The notes beneath the pieces are model-generated. The model did not search any database. It was given only the letters and a program-made list of their open reading frames with translations, and was not told the origin of the DNA. 64,000 nucleotides of DNA from the human T2T-CHM13v2.0 reference genome, Homo sapiens, in NCBI RefSeq assembly GCF_009914755.1, contig NC_060931.1. One strand, 5' to 3'. This document shows positions 55,431 to 64,000 of this stretch, piece after piece. Both the position numbers and the translations under genes were made by a program. The stretch's first letter is position 1. Each line of letters opens with the position of its first letter.

Positions 55431-58400
55431 GTGGCAAACGGCTTGTCAGATTGGGCTGACAATACTTAAATCCATCTTCCGTGCTGAGAATACCATATAT
55501 GATTTGCTATAAACTAAGTAACAAATTATAAAGAATATACTCTGTAAGTTTGGAAATCATACTCAATTTTGTTGTTGTTGTTGGCTAAGAAACTTTGGGT
55601 AACTTTAGCAAATGTGGCTCAGAGATTAGTCCCCTGATTTATTTATCACCCCTCCAGCTTTATTGAGGTATAAATATTGTATATATTGGAGGTGTACAAC
55701 ATGATGTTTTGATGTACATGCAAATTGTGAAATGATTACCACAATCTAATTAACATATCATCTCACATTGTTACCTTTTGTGTGTGTGTGTGTTGCAAGA
55801 TCTATTCTCAGCAAATTTGAAGTTTACAAAACACTATTATTAACTATACTGCTGTATATTATTAATGACACTGCAATACATACTTTATATTAGATCTTCA
55901 GAATATATTCATCCTGCAAAACTAAAGCTTTGTACCCTTTTTAAAACATAATATCCTAATTTCCCCAACTGCTAGTCACTGGCAATGATCTTTCTATTTC
56001 CTATTTCTAGAAGTCTGCTGTTGTTGTTTTTTAAGATTGCACATATAAGTGAGATCATGCAGTATTTGTCTTTCTGTGTCTAGCTTATTAACTTAGCACA
56101 ATGTCCTCTAGGTACATGTGTATTGTCACAAATGACAAAATTTCCTTCTTTTTAAGGCTGAAAAATATTCCACTGTGTGTGTATATGTGTGTTAATGTGT
56201 GCATGTAGCACATTTCTTTATCTATCCATGAACACAAATACTAAGGTTGGTTTCATATTTTGGCTATTCTGAATAATGCGGCAATGAACATGAGAGTACA
56301 GATATTTCTTCAACACATTGAGCTCATTTTCTTATATGTACCCAGCATTTAGATTGCTGGATCATAGGCAGTTCTGTTTTTAATTTTGTGAGAAACTTCC
56401 ATACATTTTTCCATAATGGCTGTGCCAATTTACATTCCCAGGAGCAGGGTACAAGTGTTCCCCTTTCTCCATATCTTCTCCAACATTTATCTTTAGTCTT
56501 TTTGATCATAGCCATTCTAAAAGGTGTGAGGTGATATCTCATTGTGATTTTGATTTGCATTTTCCTGATAATAAGTGATGTTGAGCATTTCTTCGCATAT
56601 CTTTTGGCCATTTGTATGTCTCCTTTTGCAAAATGTCTATTCAGGTCTTTGCAAATTTTTTAATCTGGTTATTTTTTTTCTTGCTACTTAGTTGTTAGGT
56701 TCCTTATATATTTTTACTATTAACTCTTTATCAGACGCATAATTTACAAATATTTTCTTCCATTTTGTAGGTTGTCTCTTTATGCCTTTGATTATTTCTT
56801 TTGCTGTGCAGAGATTTTTAGTTTGATGCAATATCACTTGTCTATTTTTGTTTTTGTCGCCCGTACTTTTGGGATTATAGCCAAAAAACAAATCATTGCA
56901 TAGACTAATGACGAGTAGCTTTTCCTGATGTTTTCTTCTAGCAGTTTCTAGTTAAAGGTTTTATGTTTAAAATTTTAATCCATTTTAGGTTGATTTTTTT
57001 TATATGTTGTGAAATAGGAGTTCGATTCTATTCTTCAGGATGTGGATGTCCAGGTTTCCCAACACCATTTGTTGAGGAGACTATGATTTCCTGATTATGT
57101 GTTCTTGGCACCTATGTGAAAGATCAATTGACCACAAATGAGTGGATTTATTTCTGGGCTATTTTGTTTCATTGGTTGACATGTCTGTTTTTATGCCAGT
57201 ACTATACTGTTTTGATTACTATACCTTTGTAGTATATTTTGAAATCAAGTAGTGTGATACATCAATGCCTCAATATTCTACTTGTACAAGATTGCTTTGG
57301 CTATTTGGGGTCTTTTGTTGTTCCATATAAGTTTTAGGATTGTGTTTTCTATTTCTGTGAAAAATGCCATTGGAATTTTGGTAGGAATTACATTGAATCT
57401 GTAGATAGCTTTGTATGTAGTATGGACATTTTAACAATATTAATTCTTACGATTCAAGAACATGGATATTTTTCCATTTATTCATGTCTTCTTGAATTTC
57501 TTTTATCACTGCTTTGTAGTTTTCAGTGTATAAATATTTTACCACTTTTGACTTTGTTCCTAAATATTTTATTTTTTGATGCTATTTTAAATGGAATTGT
57601 TTTTTAAAATTCTTTTTCTGTAGTTCCTTTTCAGTTTATAGAAGTGCAACTAACTTTTGTGTGTTCATTATGTATACTGCAATACTATTCAATTCATTTT
57701 TAATTCTAACAGTTTTTGGTATAGTCTGGAGTTTTCTGTATATAAGATTATGTCGTCTGCAAAGATACCATTTTACTTCTTTCTTTTCAATGTGAATGAC
57801 TTTTATTTTGTTCTTAGCTAATTGCTCTGATTAGGAGTTCCTATATGTACCATATTGAAAACAAGTGTTGAGAGAGAGCAGTCTTGACTCATTCCTGATT
57901 TTAGGAGAAAAGCTTTCAACTTTTCACTGTTGAGTGTGTTGGCTTTGGGTCTCTCTTGTATGGCGTTTATTACGTTAATGAATGTACATTCCTTCTATAC
58001 CTAATTTGGTGAGCGTCTTTATTACAAAAATATGTTAATTCTTTTTCACATGTTTTTTCAGCATCTATTTAGGGGATCACATGGTTTTTGTACATCATTC
58101 TGGAAATGTGGTATATCACACTTATTGATTTGTGTATGATGAAGCATCCTTACATCCTTGGAATAAATCCCACTTAATCATAGTGTATGACCCTTTTAAT
58201 GTGCTGCTGAATTTGGTTTGCTAGTATATTGTGGAGTTTTTGCATCTATGTTCATCAGGAATATGGGCCTCTAATTTTCTTTTCTTGTAGTGTTTTTATC
58301 TGGCTTTGTTGTCAGTGTAATCCTGGCCTTGCAAAATTAGTCGGGAGGTATTCCTTCTTCTTCTTCCATTTTTTGAAGAGTTTAGGAAGCACTGGCATTC

Positions 58401-58931
58401 TTTTTAAATGTTTAGTAGAATTCACCAGTGAAGCCATCAGTTCCTAGACTTTTCTTTGTTGGGAGGTTTTGATTACTGATTCAATCTCCTTACTCATTAT
58501 TGGTCTGTTCGAATTTTCTATTACTTTATCATTTAGTTTTGGTAGAGTGTGTGTTCCTAGAAATTTAACCATTTTTTCAAGGTTATCTAATTTGTCAACA
58601 TATAATTGTTCATTATAGCCTCTTATGATCCTTTGAATTTCTGTGGTAACAGTTGTACTGTCTTTGCTTTCATTTCTGGTTTTAATTGGATCTTCTCTTT
58701 TTTATCCTAGTCTAATTAAAGGTTTGTAATTTTTTTTATCTTTCCAAAACACCAACTCATAATTTCATCACTTTTTAAAATCATTTTCTCATGTTTATTT
58801 CATTTATTTTTGCTCTGACATTTATTATTTCCCTCCTTCTGCTAATTTTGGGTTTAATTTGCTCCTCATTTTTTAGCTTCTTGAAGTAGAACATCAGGTT
58901 GTTTATTCAAAATCTTTTTCCTTTCTTTTCT

Positions 58932-59241
<310 letters not shown>

Positions 59242-62000
59242 TTTCTTTTCTTAATGTAAGGATTTATTAAATTTCCATCTTAGAACTGCTTTTGCCGTAT
59301 CACATGGGTTTCAGTAGGTTTTGTTTCCATTTTTATTTGTCTCAATATATTCTTTAATTTACATTTTAATTTTGGCTTTTATCCAATGGTTGTTCAGGAG
59401 TATGTTGTTTAGTTTCCTCATATTTTTAATTTTCCAATATTCTTCCTGTTATTGACTTCTAGTTTCATGCCATTTCGGTCAGAAAATATATCTAATATTA
59501 TGTCAATCTTCTTAAATGTGTTAAAATGTGTGAACTAACATATATATTCTGGAGAATATTCTGTGTGCCCTTGAACAGAATGTGCATTCTGCTGTGTTGG
59601 ATGGAATGTTCTTTATATGTTTCTTGTGTTCATTTGGTCAGTAGTGTTGTAGAAGCCCACTGTTTCCTTATTGATTTTCTGTCTGTGTGAAGATAATGGG
59701 GTATTGAAGTCCCCTACCGTTATTGCATTGTGGTTTATTTCTCCTTTCAGTTCAGTAAATATTTGCTTTATATATTTAGGTGTGCCAATATTTGGTGCGT
59801 ATATGCATACAGTTTTTATATCCTCTTGATGAATTGACTCCATTATCATAATGTAATAACCTTCTTTGTCTATTGTGACAGGTTTGGACTTAAAATCTAT
59901 TTCATCTTATGTAAGCAGAGCCACCCTGCTCTTTTTTATTATTATTTGCAGGAAATATCTCTTGATTTCTGTAAACTTTCAATCTATGTGTGTCCTTCAA
60001 GCTAAAGTGAGTCTCTTTTAGGAGGTGTATAGCTGGATACTGTATTTTTATCCATTCAGCCCCTCTAGGTCTTTTGACTGGAAACTTTAATCTACTCAAA
60101 TTTAATGTAATTGTTACTAGGACAGGACTTCCCACTGTTATTTTGTTGTTTTCTGACTGCTTTGCATTTCTTTCTTTCTTTTTTTCCTCTGACTGTATTA
60201 CTTCTGAATTGATGGCTTTTTGTGCTGCTATACTGTGATTCATTTCTCTTTTGTGTATCTACTACAGATTTTCTTTTTGGTTATCTGGGGATGATTTAAA
60301 ATATCTTATAATTAGAATAGTCTTTTTTAAAGCTGATAACTTTGACTATAGATAATAATTCTACACTTTTACTTCTCCCACATTTTATGTTATTGATGTC
60401 ACTATTTACATTTTTTATATTATGTATCCATTCACAAATTACTGTAGCTATGGGTTTTTAAAGTTTTGTTTGTCTATTAACTTTTAGACCAGATTAAAAA
60501 TAATTTATATACTATCACTACAGTATTAGAGTCTGCTGAATTTGATGATATTTTTACCTTTATAGGGAGTTTTATTTTTTACTTTCGTATGCTTTTATGT
60601 TAATTAGCCTTCTTTTGTTTCAACTTAAGAACTCTAGCTTTTCTTTTAAGTTAGGTCTGATAGTGATCAATTTCCTAGCTTTCGTTTGTCTGGGGAAGTA
60701 TTTTTCCTTTATTACTGAAGAACAGCCTTGTTAGGTATTATACTTCTAGTTGGTCTGCTTTCTTTTATCTTTTGTTTTTATCTCATTTGATATGTCACAT
60801 CTCCTTTCCTGGCCTGCAAGGTTTCTGTTGAAAAATGCACTGAATGTCTTACAGAGATTTCCTTTGTGTAACAATTCACTCTTCTCTTGTCACTTTCACA
60901 ATTAATTGTCTTTGACTTTTGAAAACTTGATTATAATGTATCTCCATGAAGATCTTTATGTTTAATCTATTTGGATTATTTGGGCTTCATGGATTGGGAT
61001 GTTCATTTTCCTCTCCAGGTTGGGAAGTTTTCTGTCATTATTTCTTTAAATAAGCTTTTTGCCCTTTCTCTTGCTCTACTCATTCTGAATCTTGTATAAT
61101 GCATATTTGGCTTTCTTGATGGTGTCCCATAAGTCCTGTAGGCTTCTTTCAGGTTTTTTATTCTTCTTACCCAGATCAAGTCTGCTGTTGAAATTTTACC
61201 CAGATCAAGTCTGCTGTTGAACCCTTGTGGCTCATTGAGTTTCTTTAAGATGAATATTTAAAATTCTTTTGTCAGGCAGCTTGTAGTTACCAATTTCCTT
61301 AGGGTTGGTTACTGGTGCTTTACTTTGATACTTTGATACTATCATGTTTTCCTGATTATTCGTGATTTTATGGCTTTGCTTGATGTCTGCTTATTTAAAG
61401 AAATGGCAGCTCTTTCAGTCCTCATAGACTACTCAGGAAGGGAAAACTCTTCACAAGTCAGCCTATCCAGAGATTCTGGATGAGGTTCAGGGGCAGGCTG
61501 GATGTTAGAATACTCCAACAGGCTGGCTTGGTGCCTGGGTCAGTGGGTAAACATTGCTGGCACCTGGGCCCACAGGGCTCAACCAGGCGCCAGGCTCCAC
61601 AGAAACAGGCCTTGTCCCTAGGCCTTGTCTCAAGGCCTGAAGCCTTGGACCGTGGGGCAGGTATGCCTCTGGAATGGGCTTAGAACTTAGGTCCATGGGG
61701 TTTAACTGGAGCTTGGGTACACAGGAGCAAGTCTGGGGCCAGAGTCCACTGGCATTGGCATGGTTCTGTGGTTGACAGAAAGTGGAGTACTCGTTTCACT
61801 CTTCTTTCCCATGTGGAGGATATCTCTCTCCATGTTGTGCTATATGGGCTTGGACAAACTAGTGTTGCGTGTAAGGGGAAAATGTTCTTTCTGCCCTCTT
61901 TAATGTATGTTTGTTCTCTTATTTCTGTGTTCCACTCAGGTGCTATAATCTGTCATCCAGATTCCTTAGCTCTTGTGAAGATATCTTTGCATGTAAATGA

Positions 62001-62309
<309 letters not shown>

Positions 62310-63007
62310 TAAATTGATTTGTATGTGAGGGCAAGAGTGCTGCCAACTCCTATTCTGCCGTCTTGCTGTCACTTGAGGAGTCCCCTGATTTCCCTATATG
62401 TGATCTCCTCTACATCTCCAGCTGTCTGGCCCAGGCTATTAGCACTATATTGTCTAACAATTCGTTAAGGGCCCTATTGCCTAATCTTAATAATTGAATA
62501 TTAACATCTGAAATAACTACAGCTTCCTATCCCTCTATCCTTATTGCTATTATGTCTGAAATCTCTCTGGCATTAAGTTTATCTTACCCTCAGGGGGATT
62601 AGATTTTTGAATACTGCGATGTAAATGAAATTTTAAAATACATTCAATTAAAATATTGTTATACTTGAAGTTGAAAACTAAAATGACCTCTTTACTTTTT
62701 ATTATCCTCTCAGAAATATGCATCTCCTCTGTGTTAGACTTCTGTCAGACTGCATCTATGGGGCTTCTCTTGTATGTGTCCATTTGTCTCCCAAATATAC
62801 AGTATGTGCCTTTGGTTTAGGTACTACTTGCCAGTATCAGTTATGACTAGGTTAATAAGATCATATTAAAATGAATGATAGTTTATGCTCAGAAAACAAA
62901 GTATGCCTAGGTTATAAAGGTTATGTGTTATTTATAACTGTCCAATGCAACTAATAAACATTTCCCTGACATTAAGCTGTTTAGACTCAATATTATGTGG
63001 GTCTCAC

Positions 63008-63324
63008 TTTTGCTGATACAAACTTGTGAAGACGAAGAGAAAGAAGGAGTGAGAGGTACAAAAGAAGAAGTCGGAGGGGACTATATTCTATAGATGAAAA
63101 TTTTCGATCTAGAGGAACAAGTAGCTTTTCTGAGGCTACAGAACCAAGAGAAAGGACCAAGATTTGAGTTGAAAGCATTGTACCTGCCTTATACTCTCTT
63201 GCTACATCCGGAAGAGATTTCAGATTATTTTTATCATGCTTTCTTCACATCCTCAATCCAACCTCAATGAAAGTATTCAGCCATTTGTTGAGGGTGCAGG
63301 AAGATATACACAGCTAGTGAATTA
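63008..63324 (-). pseudogene. Putative exon (317 nt, phase 1-0, two stops)
   Basis: ttcattttgtccag|...AAA|gtgaga; IH*LCISSCTLNKWLNTFIEVGLRM*RKHDKNNLKSLPDVAREYKAGTMLSTQILVLSLGSVASEKLLVPLDRKFSSIEYSPLRLLLLYLSLLLSLRLHKFVSAK. Confidence 0.5.
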
Positions 63325-63409
63325 CTGGACAAAATGAATCTATTTCTCTGATCTTGATATCACATGATAGAACATAGAATTTATCCTCATTAATGAGGAA
63401 GGGTGCTAT

Positions 63410-63600
63410 TTAAAATGGACCACAGAATATAGAATCAGATGATTGCATTTGAGTTTCAACTCAGATATACACTAGATAAAATGTTAGTTACATCACCCAG
63501 CAACCCTGAATCTTACTCAGTTTAACCATATGCATGTTAATTAGCATTGATCTATTTTAAACTGTTGTAATATATATTGGAAAGTACTTCTCTATATATT
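63410..63600 (+). mobile_element. MIR (diverged)
   Basis: tagaatcagatgattgcatttgagtttcaactcagat... Confidence 0.5.
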
Positions 63601-63673
63601 TTATCAACCCTACATATACATACATAGAGTACTTTATATATTTCAATTATTATTTCTAGCCACTTCTAGTTAC

Positions 63674-63757
63674 CTAAAAATCTTTCTTTCTGTGCAAAAT
63701 TGTGTCTCTGTTTGTTTTCCTCCATAGCAAATGCAGCAGTGTGTGATCAAGTATATT
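63674..63757 (-). pseudogene. Putative exon (84 nt, phase 1-1, one stop)
   Basis: Strong acceptor ttttttatttcttattttacttttag|, donor TAG|gtaact; YT*SHTAAFAMEENKQRHNFAQKERFL. Confidence 0.55.
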
Positions 63758-64000
63758 CTAAAAGTAAAATAAGAAATAAAAAATAGAACCCATCTGAGAT
63801 TTTTCCTCTTTACCCCATCTTCAGCCCTTCCATAATACCTTGTAAGGAATTTTCTTACCATGAGTATTCACAAATTCGGATTCATTCCCTAGAGTTAACA
63901 ATGTCCCTAGCACTGGGTAGTGTAAACAACTGGGTTTTTCTTTTAAACGTGGCAAGGCACCAGTAGAAGTTGGAGGAAGTCCCACATTCAATTCATTATA

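Noticed and set aside
63020-63170. Plus-strand Arg/Ser-rich peptide RRRERRSERYKRRSRR
   Set aside because: Complement of the Leu-rich minus-strand frame; no plus-strand splice signals.

Overview
AT-rich primate (human-like) genomic DNA dominated by interspersed repeats. These include three large old L1 elements, AluJ/AluS/FLAM, L2, MIR, MLT1A/THE1/LTR40-like LTRs and MER1A/Tigger3a/MER91A DNA transposons. An EEF1A1 processed pseudogene (773-2158) is complete at its 5' end, lacks its 3' end, and replaces about 0.9 kb of an L1 ORF2. I see no intact recognisable protein-coding gene, tRNA, rRNA or CRISPR array. The most notable signal lies in the unique DNA on the minus strand: a chain of AG/GT-bounded exon-like segments running from 63757 down to about 17182. 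Their splice phases join consistently into one reading frame with only sparse stops. The chain ends in an exon carrying a frameshifted pentapeptide repeat, followed by an AATAAA. This looks like a decayed multi-exon gene (candidate unitary pseudogene), possibly with RGS-like domains. It was assembled by eye and needs comparative confirmation. Repeat subfamily names are recalled from consensus sequences, and boundaries without a target-site duplication (TSD) are approximate.
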